Assembly: GCA_020536535.1 (NCBI GenBank)
Contig: JAHLWZ010000853.1
Location: 10,090-74,089 of the forward strand
DNA length: 64,000 bases
Direction of reading: 5' to 3'
Origin: Pelomyxa schiedti
Taxonomy: Eukaryota > Protista > Evosea
Under the pieces are notes generated by a model. The model did no database searches and had not been told where the DNA came from. It saw only the letters and a program-made list of their open reading frames with translations. A program made the position numbers and the translations under genes. Positions 1 to 12,841 of the stretch are shown here, one piece after another (positions within the stretch are counted from its first letter, which is position 1; every line of letters begins with the position of its first letter).

Positions 1-2048
1 CTGGTGTTAGCTTGTTCAAGAAGGGGACACCTATCATTTCTTCAAAAACAGAAAAGTATCAACACTGCCTTCTTGTCAATTCATACTCACTTGATGAAGG
101 CAATTAAAGGCTTCCTTCTGCTGGAGACTTCAGGAACCACCAGGCAGTGTCACCTCACTAAAAATTTATCGAAGCCAAAGTGTCGATGGTCCATTTGCGT
201 TTATTATCTCACTCCCCTCTAGTGCAAATTGCTTCGAAGATCAAAGATTAGGTTGTTGCATTTTTTTTCCTTTTTGCCCACTCAGTAATCTTTATTTGTG
301 CACAGAACCAGGGATCCTTTACATTTACGAAATTGAGGCTACTTATAGCACAGGCGAAACCCTAAGGTCATCTCCTTTGCCTATGTTGTCCCTTGTCAAT
401 AATAACCTAGTACTCAACAGTTAAGTTTCCTGCCACCTCTTTCTTTGAAATAACAAACAAATCACAGGTGGAATAGAAGGTGACGATGACTACGCATTTG
501 ATAAGTGGTACACGGGTAAGTCCGTTCTGAGGCACTGAAGTTCTAACACTTTTCAGGTTCTATACCCTGGGAACACATGACTGGATCACCAACTGCTTAT
601 CAGGGCGAGCAATCTATGTCTATAATACTTGCTGGAGAAACCAGTTGCAGTTCCATATCCCAGGTTTTTCTTGAATATCTCTCACCTCTCTAACGGCGTT
701 ATTAGTGGAATCAATATGGGATTCCCGACTCGACAATGTAACTTAGATACATCTCCTTCCTCTATTACTAAAAAATATAAAGTTATACCACACCTGGCCT
801 TTGGTACAGCTTTGGCGGTTTCTTGAAGTCTCAAGGAGTTGACATTGAGACCGAGCATTGGTTTGAGTGGTCAAGTCCACCAACAGGTATAAGTGATGGA
901 CACACCCTTGCAAATACCCAATTACGTAAGGATATGATCCTGAGGCACATCCATCCCCGCCATGGCCAAACTACTGGACCCCGCACTTGGTAGCCCCAGC
1001 CGGTACCGCTACAGCTTGGCTATACACTGATAGAGTTTTCCTTGTACTACCCTTCCGTTTCCTCCGAGTGAATTAACTGTTCTCCACAGTTACCTGATGG
1101 ATATCCCAATGTCTGCATTCGCCATCGCTGGGAAGGCACTGGATCAGCCACCGGAGTTGTGCTAATCGATAACCTTTTCTTCAGAGAATTGCCTGCTTCC
1201 CCTCTGGACGGCAATGTATGGACAACGGTCTTGCCTTATAAGTCAGTTTGGCGCTATCTTGTTGGGACAGTCACACCCGCTTCCAATTGGTACGCAATTT
1301 TTGGGGAGTTTCCGATTACATTCTGACGCAGATAGGTTTGATCCCTCTTTTGATGATTCTGCGTGGTCAGTGGGCACTGCAAAATTCGGAGCTGGTTCGG
1401 GTCCACAGAATGTTACAACACACATCACTTCCAGTCAGCAGTATTACTACTTCAGGACGAACTTCACCTTCGGGGATACCGAACACTTGTACTGTACTCC
1501 TTTCTCTGTAAAATATAAAATTCAACTTGTATTAGCCTCACCACAAACACAGCTACGGGGAGGTTCTTCTGGCGGTCATATGCTCAGACTCGTTCCCAAT
1601 TGAAATATGGATAAACGGGAACAACCCGCCAACAACGGGCATTTCCGTGTGCTCGGGACAAGGCAACACCCCTGGATACTTTGATATGGCTCCTTTTTAT
1701 GATTACCTCGTTCCAAACAGCACAAACATTGTTGCTGTAAGACTGGAAAATACATGGGCCACAAGTTGGGATGACCTAGCCTTTGACTTCAGGTTAATTC
1801 CCACCCCAAAAACAAAACACTTGCACAAAAAAACGCAAAACTCCATTTTTACTTTTTACATATTTACATTTACATGTTTGTGCAGTGTTCTTGTTGTAGA
1901 AGACAATATGACTGATCCATTTGGGTTCTCTGCAAGTAGCTCCAGTACAGGCACACTAAGTAGTGAGGATACTTCTGATGCTATTTTGTGTGTTGCAGAC
2001 TGGTCGTTTTTGGTGCTGTGCTTATTGTCCTTCACTGTTTTTTATTGA
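1..2048 (+). CDS. 3' part of an intron-rich surface/secreted protein with FN3-like and galactose-binding-like (beta-sandwich) domains, S/T linker and hydrophobic C-terminus
   Basis: Spliced fragments: LEPGILYIYEIEATYSTG (FN3-like), VLIDNLFFRE (CBM-like), NWFDPSFDDSAWSVGTAKFGAGSGP..YYYFRTNFTF..NIVAVRLEN..DLAFDF. Ends SSSSTG..WSFLVLCLLSFTVFY* at 2048. The 5' end lies outside the window. Confidence 0.6.
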
Positions 2049-2118
2049 GGTTGTAATACTGTTTTATTCTATTACAATGTTTTCGAGGAGAGCTTTGTTA
2101 TTTTAAAAAGGTATAAAA

Positions 2119-4102
2119 TTACATCCCTACTACAATAGTAGGGCCGGGCGGTTCTATTGGAGGTGCTGCAGCAGGTATTGGAGCTGGTGCTGCTCTTCTG
2201 TTTGCTTTTTTAATGTGCCAGTACATTGCAAACCCATCATAAAGCCACCCAATACCAAATAGTCCAAGAGTGAACATGTATAGTACCTTTGGGTAATAAA
2301 CAGGGACGATATGGGAAAGAGTAACTACCCCACGGCAGTAATTTCCTAAATAGTAATGATGCAAGCCAAGCCATCCTCCAAAGGGAATCCAGGCAAGATA
2401 TGCTGTATATAAACTCTTTTGAGTCGAAGTGCGCGAAGTCCGGGAAATTTTCATTTGCCAAGGGATGAGAAATCCTATATGTAATTAAAAAGGAGTGACA
2501 AGATACAGTGTATGTACTGACCATCAAGGATCCAAACTACGAACCAGCCTCCCAGTGACAAAAATAATGCTAGAAATCGAACGTAATTGCGCATATACAA
2601 CTGATGTAACCCGAGCCACCCTAAAGGAAACCATAGTATGTAGGTGTCCATGTAATCCATCCTCCAGCTTCTGCTAATGGGGCACATGAAAGATTCAAAT
2701 TTGTGTCCTGCCTCAGCTAGCATTTGATCGTCCACAGGCACAATAGCTGGTTCACCTGGCAGGATTGCCGTGGAACTTGGTATTGTAAAAGGAAAATTTG
2801 ACTCGTGATCCTTAAATCAGTGAGAGGAAGACCCAACACTTGTTAAATACTTACTGGTACTTCTGTGAGCTGAAGCTGTTCATTGACCTTAACGAATTAA
2901 AATATTGGACTACAATGAGGTTCATACTTGCTTTACAAGCCAGTACATACGAATACCATCAACTATCCAACCAACCCCCAACAATCCTGTAGTGGTTAGT
3001 TTCATTCGGCAAGTGATCACCTTCATACCCAGAGTACACATATAAATCATTCCAATAAAATACCTCCTCAGATAAAAGTGATGAAAGCCCAACAAGCCTC
3101 CAAAAGGTATCCAGAAGAGATAGGCCTTTGCAAGAGACTTGTGTTTGGGAGAGGATGTGGCATTTTTTTCGTTGGACTTTTTGACATGATAAGGCATCAA
3201 AATGAGATCTGATAAAGCAAGCACACCCCAACCACCAAGGGAAAAAAGATACGCCAATGCCACATCATACTGTTTCATGTAGAGCCAATGACCACCAAAA
3301 AACCCAAGAGGAAACCACGCTCTACAGTAGAATTAGGAAAGAAAAAGACATAACTGGACTTGTACCTATAAGCGTCAAGTGATGATAAAGTAGTGTGATG
3401 CACTAGTCTGGAACTGAGTAAAAAGAAAAAAAAAACTTTTCTCAACCTGAGCAGCACAGTAACCCCCCATGAGGAGTAGTGTTTGCGCGCTGCACCATAG
3501 ATGGAATGCGAAACGCATCATAAATCCAGGGTAACAAAATCAAGCAAGCAGGGACAAGTAAACAGTAAGGACAGTAGGAAATAACACTGATGAATTGGGA
3601 AGTAATGAACCTACCAAGGAGAATTCCACCAAATGGAATCAATAAATGATTGAGAATAACTGTGTCAAGAATCTTACCAGTTGATAAGCAGCAGGAAAAA
3701 CAGGCCAAACTGTCTCAAGTACAACAAATGGATGCCAAACAATCCAGTGAAAGGTATTCCCCACAATATATATGAAACAACTAACTTCTTCGTTGTAAAG
3801 CAGCAAGAACACATCTCCTCAGCCGTGCTGTCAACCAGCTCCACAGTGTTTCTGCCTCCTTCTCCGCCGGCACTCATATCCATTGGCGCCACTGTATCCC
3901 CCGTTGGGCCAGTACCTGTTGTAAGCCCCGTAACTTCTTCGTGTTCCGTTGCCTCGGTGCCAACAGTAGAAACAGGATCTCCAGGAAGTATCGCTACATG
4001 GTGTGTCGGGATCTCATCAGTCTGAAAAGACAAGCCAGTTGCATTAGACGCCGGATCTACGTTACTGTATCCGTCACCCGAAACCACCACTGTTCCTTCC
4101 AT
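2119..4102 (-). CDS. Multi-TM2-domain membrane protein (about five TM2 repeats)
   Basis: Repeated TM2 motif: KKLVVSYILWGIPFTGLFGIHLLYL; ..FPLGFFGGHWLYMKQY; KSLAKAYLFWIPFGGLLGFHHFYL; TYILWFPLGWLGLHQLYM; KSLYTAYLAWIPFGGWLGLHHYYL. ATG at 4102 (MEGTVVV), stop at 2119. Confidence 0.85.
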
Positions 4103-4191
4103 CGGGATTTTTTTTTTTATCTTTTTGAACAAACAAGAACCTGTCCGTTAAACGGGGCGCAGGGAACTACGTCCGATCTTTTCGTGAGGAC

Positions 4192-7038
4192 ATGTCATCC
4201 CACAATGTGGTCTTGGCTTGCTTTGTCGCTTTGATTCTGGCCGTAGTTTGCTTGAGTTTTAGTGGCGGCGTTCCGGACCCCCGAGACCCTGTCGAGGATC
4301 AATTTTGGTCACCTCGGGCCAACGTGACAGTGGAGGGAGGCGCCTATAGCATTATGGGATCCCTCACGGTCAACGACTGTGCCTCTCAGTGTCTTCAGAA
4401 AGATGCATGTGTCAGTTTTGTTTTCCTTGAAAATTCTGGCCAGTGCTCCCTATTTGAGTGAGTTTCATTGTCTCTATGCAATGCTACCCTTAGCTTGTTA
4501 TTTGATAAACACCAACCCCACTCTTTAAAGATATTCTATGTATTACACAGTTGTGAACTTCACTGGGGGTGGTACATCTTGGTACTATGTGAGGATTCCG
4601 GTTCTGAACGACGAACCGGTTGGAAAAGCAGTGACTTATTCTCTAGAAGTCCCAACAACTGGTGTCACCCTAACGGAGGGAAGCCTTTTGAGACTTGTCT
4701 TTGACAACAACATTAATGTATGTGGATCACCTGGGTATTGTGAGTCATTCATTCTTCTTTAGTACCTTCTCCATAATTGGAATCTCGATGATTTACTCTA
4801 TCCTTATCGGCAAAGAGCGAATTATACACCGAATCCAGGGCAAGCTGTTGGATGGGATACTTGGCTCCCTGGTTCTGGACTTGGCTTATTACTGATGGGT
4901 GCTGCTGGCGCCTCACGCTGGACTACTGACCTAGAGATAAATAACCGGGTGAAAGATGCTGTCCAAGGTGTACTTGACTGCAGAGCTGATGATGGGTTTT
5001 AATCCTACGCTTTTTGTGTTCACTAAATGAGCAAGATTCATCATGGCATTTGAGGAAAGCGCAATTACATGGAGAGAAAATCCGGACTATGTTCAGAGCT
5101 GGGTAACCCACGGACTTCTGGAGGCATATACCTCTGGAAACACCGATGCTCTGTCTCTTCTCCGTAGCCATTGGGATTGGTTCGCACAGTGTCCGAATAT
5201 TCCAGAAATATACCCTCCGGATCCCTCTCTCCCGGCGCCTCCTCCCGATTCAGGCACAGGTCACAAGCTATACCTTATTTATCAAGGGTTTCTTTTCTTT
5301 CTATTTGACAACACTGATGAAAATGCATAGAATTATACCCCACACAAGGCTTGGTTTGTCCCCCGTCGGTCAACAAGAAGATATTGAGATTGTACAAACA
5401 CTGTATGAAGAGCGCTGGTGGTTAAAACAATTAGCAGCACACAATTTGAGTGCTATATGGCAAAGGCAATATCCCCATAACTACGAGTTAACAGCGCTGG
5501 AGGCCTACATGGATATGTATATCCTTACTGGAGATAATCTTTATATCCAGGCCGTTTTAGGTGCAGTTGAAATGTTCCGGGACCACTGGGTTCACGTCGG
5601 GGGAAGTATGGCCATTAATGAAGATATAAGCAATGTGAGATACTATCCCCCTGATACATACTACATCTTTACTGGGCATAACAACCTCCCTACTGGTGAG
5701 TTATGTGGAAGTGTCTTCTGGATAAAACTTCACCAAAGACTTCATCTCCTGTTTCCTGATGAGGAGAGTTTTGTCTTCGAGATGGAACGTACACTATTCA
5801 ATTCTGGGATTGCGAATCAACCAATGGATCACTACCACCTTGGAATCCGCTATTACAGCACATTGCACAAGGAAAAAGATAGCCCCAATAATGAGCTGAC
5901 ATGCTGTGAGGGACAGGGAACACGATTATACGGCAGCCTACCTGAGTATCTCTATACAATTGATCGACGAACCGAGTCTCCCGGGATTTATTTTGACATT
6001 TACTCCGCCTCAACGTTTATAGCAACCATTTCCAGTAAAGAGGTTAAATTCCAGTGTATTACAGACTTTCCGTACTCTGGTGATGTAGAAATTACCGTTT
6101 CCACAATTCTATCTACTCAGTTTTCCATCAACTTGCGCATACCAACCTGGGTTTCCAGCACAGTAGTAATTTACCTAGATGGTAATACAATACAAAGTGC
6201 GGATCCCGGCACCTATGCCAAGGTAAATTTATGTTGTGAGTGCTAAAGTTTACATTCAAACTAGATTACAAGAGCATGGACCACATCTACAATAACCTTT
6301 ACTCTTGGGATGGCCTTTAGCGCTCATTTCTATAGTGGCTACAATCAGATTGGGTCTTACCAGAGGTGGGCTTACAAGTATGGGCCAGTATTATTAGCTG
6401 CTACTGGAACATGGACATATGAACTGGATTGTCTTATTGTGCCTGTTGATAGATCAATTGCCACAAACCCACAGGTTTTTCTTCAACAACCATCAACCGG
6501 TGTATCTTTAGCCCGAGTAGGCTTGGATGATACCAGTAGAGGGAGTACCTCTGCACTTCAGAACTGCTGATAGCACCATTGAATTCCTTCCATACTTTGA
6601 AGTCGGTGATCAGTTGTTTACAGTCTATCCAATAATCGGGAACCAAACTGACCCAACCTGCTCGACTGTAATTGCCGACGATGTGTCTTCAGCACAGCTT
6701 TCCTGTCCCACAAATGGGACCACCATTCAAAAGGTACAATGTCACTTCCTTCACCCAATTGTTTACCCCTACCCCCAATTCCAGGTTCTTTTTGCCAGCT
6801 ATGGCATGCCACAAGGGAATTGTGCTTCCGGATTATCAACCGGGGATTGCCACTCTCACAGGTCCAAACAAGTGGCCGAATCACACTGCCTTGGTCTCTC
6901 AAGCTGCCAGGTACCACACAAACCATGCCAATCCTTCAACAAACAACAATAAAGGTACCCTCTCTAGCCGCGTTATACCTACCAGATCCTTGTGAAGGAA
7001 TTCCAAAAACTCTGGCAGTTCAAGTTCAGTGCGGCTAG
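4192..7038 (+). CDS. Secreted GH127/GH146-like glycoside hydrolase (beta-L-arabinofuranosidase-like) with N-terminal PAN/apple domain and C-terminal SUEL/rhamnose-binding lectin domain
   Basis: Signal peptide; CASQCLQKDACVSFVF (PAN); GELCGSVFW, EMERTLFN, TCCEGQGTR, TDFPYSGDV, LRIPTW, YGPVLLA (GH127); LSCP..FASYGMPQGNC..CHS..CLGLSSC..DPCEGIPKTLAVQVQC (SUEL lectin). Confidence 0.85.
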
Positions 7039-7252
7039 CACCTTATCATTTCACCTAAATCAATCATTGTGCTGTGCCTTTTTTTCGCATCGCCTTAGTC
7101 TTCGTGGGTACTGGGAGAATAGGTTTATGTTACCCTTGAGTGGATCTGCTAAGAGACTCACCCAGATGGAAGTTGGTGTCACAGAAAAACAGAATATCAA
7201 TCTCGATAAAAAAGAACAACAAAAAAAAAGAACCGCTTCCGGTTGTAAAAAG

Positions 7253-8406
7253 ATGGTGGAGCCAATGATGGAGACGAAGATCGTTCTGTTGGGCGACACT
7301 GGTACATACATAGACCGCACACATCTCCTTTTTTTTACCGTCTCCCATTTCTATGCGATTTGATTGGATGCTCACTGGGCAATTTAAGGCGTTGGAAAAA
7401 CGGCCATAGCACAACGGTTCGTTCAGGAAAAATTTGATGGTGGCACGGAGTCTACTGTTGGGGCTTCCTACTTCTCAAAACGATTGTGTGTCATGATCTT
7501 GAGTTCTTCACCACAATAACAAAAAAAAACCACAAAAGTACAATAGACGACATAGTTTTGAGACTACAGATCTGGGATACAGTATCTTTTTTTTCCTATC
7601 TTCATGAATGTACACTAATTGCGTAACTTCTCGTTGCTAGGCTGGTCAAGAGAGGTAAGCACCGCTTTTCTTGCCTTTTTCTGTATAACACTTAACAGAT
7701 TTAAAGCTTTGGTAGGAGCTCATGATATTTTTTGGCCCACTTAACCAAGCTTTTTCTCCCTTCATATTTGATATTCAGGCCCCGATGTATTATCATGGAG
7801 CTTCTGGTGCCCTTCTTGTGTATGTAAGACTGTGATGTCCCAGAAACTCAACTAAAACAATACAAAACAAAGATATAACTCGACTATTCCAAAAACTCTA
7901 GAGAAAGTGAAAGATTGGGCCAAAGGTATAAACTCTTCTCATTGCACTATTTTCTGATCCATTTCCAAGAACTTGCAATTAATGTACCAGATGATATCGG
8001 TAAGCCTTTATTGTTTGCTTTCTTTGTCAGTCTTATTATTTCACTTTCGAAGTTATATCTGTTGTTGGATCAAAGACCGATTTATTACCTACACAAACCA
8101 ATCACCAAGAACTTGAGCAGCTATCTGCCGATGCCAAAGAATATGCCTCATCCATAAACGCAATTTTTGCTGAAACATCCGCCAAAGCCGGAACAGGTGT
8201 GCAATCAAAGGAAACACCAACTTCACAAATACTCTTCCTTCTTTGTACTGACTAAGAAACCTTTAGGGATCAACGAGCTGTTTACAGCTCTAGTTAGAGA
8301 AATTGTAAAGAGACACAAACCAAGTACACCAGACCCAAACGTAATCAACGTTGCATCAACACACACAACAAGCGGCCAAAAGACAAACAATGGGGGTTGT
8401 TGTTAA
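7253..8406 (+). CDS. Rab GTPase, Rab5/Rab21/Rab22-like
   Basis: KIVLLGDTGVGKT, ESTVGASY, WDTAGQERFKALAPMYY, GSKTD, ETSAK and C-terminal GGCC*, spread over about ten exons including micro-exons. Confidence 0.9.
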
Positions 8407-8764
8407 AAGAATTTCCTTGTTATTTTGTTTTTGTATGAGACTTGACTGCGGGCTATGCTTTCTTCTGACTGTAGGAAGCCTTAGGCGGCTGTCAGTGGGA
8501 GGTAGTACAAGCGCGTTGCTTGGCAACATTAAAACTAATACCTAGATTTTGGCAGGTGACCCTGAGACTGGAAGTACTTCAATGGGATCGAACTAGAAGA
8601 GACCAGTGATAGCATTACGGCACTTGCCCCATTCACTTTGTTTGTTCACTGGCTACTGTGTTTTCACGCTGAATTTCCCCGCTGTGAGCACCTCGTAGTT
8701 ACACCACTGTTTTCCCCTTGAAACCAATTTCGTGTTTCGTTAAAAATTTGTAGAAGCGGAACCA

Positions 8765-11700
8765 ATGCCGTGGTACTATTGTCACACGCGTTATGTGCCC
8801 CAGCGCAAATGCGAGCTGCTACTGGAAGAGGGCGACGTAGTCAACGCCGTGGCAGCGCGCCCCGAAGTAGCCAAGTCTCCCGGCGGGGCAACAACCGCCC
8901 CTGCTGCCTCTACCACCACCGCCACAACAGCTGCGACTACCTCCACTGCTGCTGCGGCGGATGCCGACCCCGCCGCCACGGCGGAGGCAGACAAGCAGCA
9001 GGCACCTGCACCATCTTCGACGGCGGAGGGGAAGCCGCCCGCCCCCGAGGGAGCAGGGGGGAACACCAACGAGGGCGGGGGGGCAGAGGCCAAGGAGGAG
9101 GAGGGGGGCGGGACTGCGACTGCGACTGTGACTGTGACTGGGGCCGGGGTTGGGGCCGGGGCTGGGCCCGGGCTCGAGGAGCTGTTGAGGGACGGGGGGC
9201 CCGACGACGATAAGGTGGAGTGGATGTTTGGCGAGGCGGGGGGGAGGCACGGCAAGTTCCCAAAGCACGTGGTGCAGCCGGTCGATTGCTCCACCGTCGA
9301 CGTTGCTGTGGTTCTGTATGACTGGGCTCAGTCTGCTCCTGGTATGTTCCCAGCGCATATGTGTGCTTTTTTGCTGGGATTTTGTTCGCCACTTCTCACG
9401 GTGGTGCCTTGTACTCCCAGATCAATTGTCTCTCAAAAAGGATGAATTGGTGCATGTTAGTGAAAAACTTGAAACTGGGTGGTGGAGAGGTGCTACGTCG
9501 AGCAATAAAGGTGCACCCTGCACCTCCAAAGAACACTTACTCAATCAAGTAAACACATTTTGATTAGGGCTATTTCCAAGTAATTTTGTGAGTGCTCTAC
9601 CACAAACATGGAAGACTGCAGTTGCTACATTTGACTACTTGCCCACGGACCCATCACATTTACGGTTGCCTTTCAGGATACATAGTAACCTAACAGACTC
9701 CTCAGCTTTACTAAAGGTTCTACTGTTCTCACGTTCACTGATGACCCAAGTGGCTGGGCAGTTGGAGTTTATAATGGGTAGGATTATGTAGTTCGCACAA
9801 CAAAGATTTAAAATACTATGTAACCAAGCAGTACTTTTGCACCCATACACCTAGATGACTGACCACATATATAGCCAGAAAGGTGTATTCCCTGGGAACC
9901 GCGTTCGAGTGTTAGAACCTCTTCCTCCACCTGTGGAACCAGAAAAGGCACCTGGAGACGATGACGCCATCTCTATTGGAGAGGAAATGGTAGGATCACT
10001 TGGCAGTATTTCAGGGTTGTCCCTATCTCCAACCCCCACTCCAAGGAATCAAGTAATTCTGTTGGTGATTTCACACAGAAACTCAACACACAAAAGGAAA
10101 TAAAACATACTCCGAAGCTGCGTGCAAGAAAAGATCGACTTAGTGCCTTAAAGGAAACACATGTAAATCACTCCAATACAGCGCGGAGGACAAAAGGTTC
10201 TATTGACAATGTGAATGCCGGGGAAGCTCTCGCTGTGGCAGTCGCTGCAGCAGCTGCGGTTTCTGACAACGAAAACGAACTACCAGCAGAACCAGTCCCA
10301 CCCCTTCCAGAATTTGCTGAGAGTGAAGAAGAGGCGTCTGTGTACTATGAACGCCAATCAGGTGGCGAAGAATCGCGTGACAATTCTGGAAGTTCCGAGG
10401 AGAGTGGATGTCACTGCTCAAGTAAATGCAATGATGTTTGTTTACTGTCTGAATAAACTCATTAGAAAGGAAGAACAGGAGAAGTTGCCATTGTCATTGC
10501 AATTGCAACAACGTATGAGGGGAAAAAAGGCAACTATACAAACAAAAAATTGCATTGTAGGGATTGCTGTCCAGACATTATAAGATAAAGGAACTCGAAA
10601 TTGCTTTGCAAGAGGAAGTTCAAGCAAGAACTCACTGCCAACAGGAAAAACGGTACCCTTTCTGACAATTTCAATCTCTCATCTGCCACAGACAACTGGA
10701 AGCTCTAGTAGAACAAGCAAATAGACAGGTCCGCTATGAGAAAGAGCGTACACGCACATTGGTTTCTGAGTGTGAACATTTGAGCAGGGCACTGAAGGTT
10801 ATGAAATTGAAAATTGAAAACAAAACTTAAGTGAGGGAAAACAAAAACAATAGAACACCAAGGTAAAAATGAAGCAATACAGTAGCATCGATTCTCGTAT
10901 GGAGCAATTATCTGTCAAGGTATCACAGGATACCAATGAGTGTCAAACCTCATCAGATCAAATTGCCTTTCTGCAAGGACAGGTTTTTTCCCACCTGCCT
11001 CCTAAGCTTTTCCAATCCTGGAATGAGAAAGGTGCAAAATCTTACAGACCAATTGACAAATGCCAGAAACGCAAATGCCGCTCTCGAAGCTGACTTGCAT
11101 TTAGAAAAACTCAATTCCAAGTAATCCAAAGCCTGGCCTCTTTGTGCACATGACACATTATTTAACAGGAAGCTAGTGACAAGCATTGCTACTCTGCGAG
11201 ATCGTCTTGTGGCCGAATCCCTCGTTTCGGCACCAAAGAACGCACTCAATGAGCCCGAGAATTTCTTTTCAACGTTGCAGTCTCTCCAAGAATTGACAAA
11301 CTCCCTGGTTCCTTACTAGCAACTCCCTTCTACACTGATAAACACTACTAGGTACGTGAACTTAGAGTTGCGCGGGATGAGGTAAATAGTAATCAGCTGT
11401 TGGTTCAGGTAAGAAGACGACCAATTACTATTGCTCAACATCCTACCAGTTAAGAACCAGTTGGGAGAAAGAACTGCAAAGAAGAAAAAAGTTGGAAAAA
11501 GAAAATGAAAGGTATTCTTTCATTTTGGATTTTTTCCTTATCTCTCAAAATTCAAAATTTTTGTTTTAGGTTGCATGCCGCGTTGTCTGCTTTGGAAAAA
11601 GTTCCTCCACTGCCTTCACAGCCTCCGCCCACACTCTCAGCTAGCTCCCCAGCACACTTGCAAGCACAGATAAAGTCTCTAAGAGCCAGATGTCTCAAGG

Positions 11701-11783
11701 AGATGCATGCAAGAAGCCAAGTAGAGCTACAGCTTACTCAAATGCGGAAGTCGGTCCAAAGCCAGAACAACAAAAATTCCTGA
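8765..11783 (+). CDS. Multi-SH3 (3-4 domains) adaptor with C-terminal coiled coil
   Basis: SH3 motifs: ELLLEEGDVV..EWMFGEAGGRHGKFPKHVV; VLYDW..QLSLKKDELV..GWWRG..GLFPSNFV; ATFDY..GVFPGNRV. Heptad-rich C-terminus ends at 11783. Confidence 0.75.
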
Positions 11784-11865
11784 TGCCATTCCTGCCGTGC
11801 CAGACTCGCTCATAAATATGCTATATAAATACAATAGCTGAGGCCTCAAGTAGCCTTCCTTGCCT

Positions 11866-12559
11866 TCACATTCCACCCGCTTTGCAGTACATCAATTGTG
11901 GTGCACTGTCTAACAAAGTGTAACACTTTGTGTGAATAAATAATCCGCAATCTATTGTTTTCCATTAGAGCTAGTTTTGAGAGAATTCAGAGGATTAAAA
12001 GTACCTTCACATCTATAAGCCTGCCTTCCCATGTGAGCAATTCTCTCACAACAGCAAGCGCATTCCACTTGGGAAGAAGCAGATAACTTCTTCAAGTTGT
12101 GACAGCATAATTGTCTTTCAATCGTCTAATAGAAACTATTAGGAGGCTACTTACAGCTCAACGCAAAATCACACCTTGCGAACGCAAAAGCTAATTGCGG
12201 ACATCCACTCGTTCATGGTTGCTTGTGAGTCGGCGATGAGAACGTAGTCGCGAGTCTTGGTGTGCACTACGAACGTGTGCGATCTCGATGTATTCACAAA
12301 ACATGACACCCCTTCCCTCAATGAGATCAATCCTTGTGGGTGTCCCATCTATAAAGGAAACGCGACGTGAGATCTTAAGTACAGACAACACCCAGGACAA
12401 ATAGCGAGAGGAAAAAAACACGCGAAACAAACGAAATACCTTCTCGGTCTTGAAATACGCGAGACCGGAACTCGAAAGTACGAACCAACGCCTTTGTACT
12501 GTCCTTAGTGCACCTCCCTCCTTCGACATCCACCCATTCTTTATGACTTTGTCCATCAT
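11866..12559 (-). CDS. Small PH + C1 (DAG/phorbol-ester-type zinc finger) protein
   Basis: PH: KNGWMSKEGGALRTVQRRWFVL. Spliced C-terminus HNLKKLSASSQVECACCCERIAHMGRQAYRCEDCGLFIHTKC..C fits the C1 pattern. TGA at 11866-11868 (minus strand). Confidence 0.8.
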
Positions 12560-12841
12560 CGCGAGAGTAATAATTTATATCGCGTATCTGTTATCACCGT
12601 CTCTCGTGTCTTGTTTGTTGTTGTTTTTTTTTTTTTAAAATGTTGTTTCGTTCTTGTACGTTGGTTAAAAAGATTTGGGGCAAATTCTTGGTTTTGTGTT
12701 GCGTGGCTTGGGGCAGTTTTCTTTTGGGGGAATTTAAAGAAAAGCCACGCGAACTGCCGTTTATGGTAGTTGTGGATGTTAGATGATCAATCGATCAATC
12801 TCAATACATTTTGTACACCGGGATCTATCTTTAGGGCTCGG

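Noticed and set aside
8770-9392. Several long overlapping and antisense ORFs in GC-rich blocks (also 14260-14927, 15939-16687, 27841-28581, 60338-61145)
   Set aside because: These are shadow ORFs caused by the scarcity of stop codons in GC-rich coding DNA; only one frame has sensible motifs.
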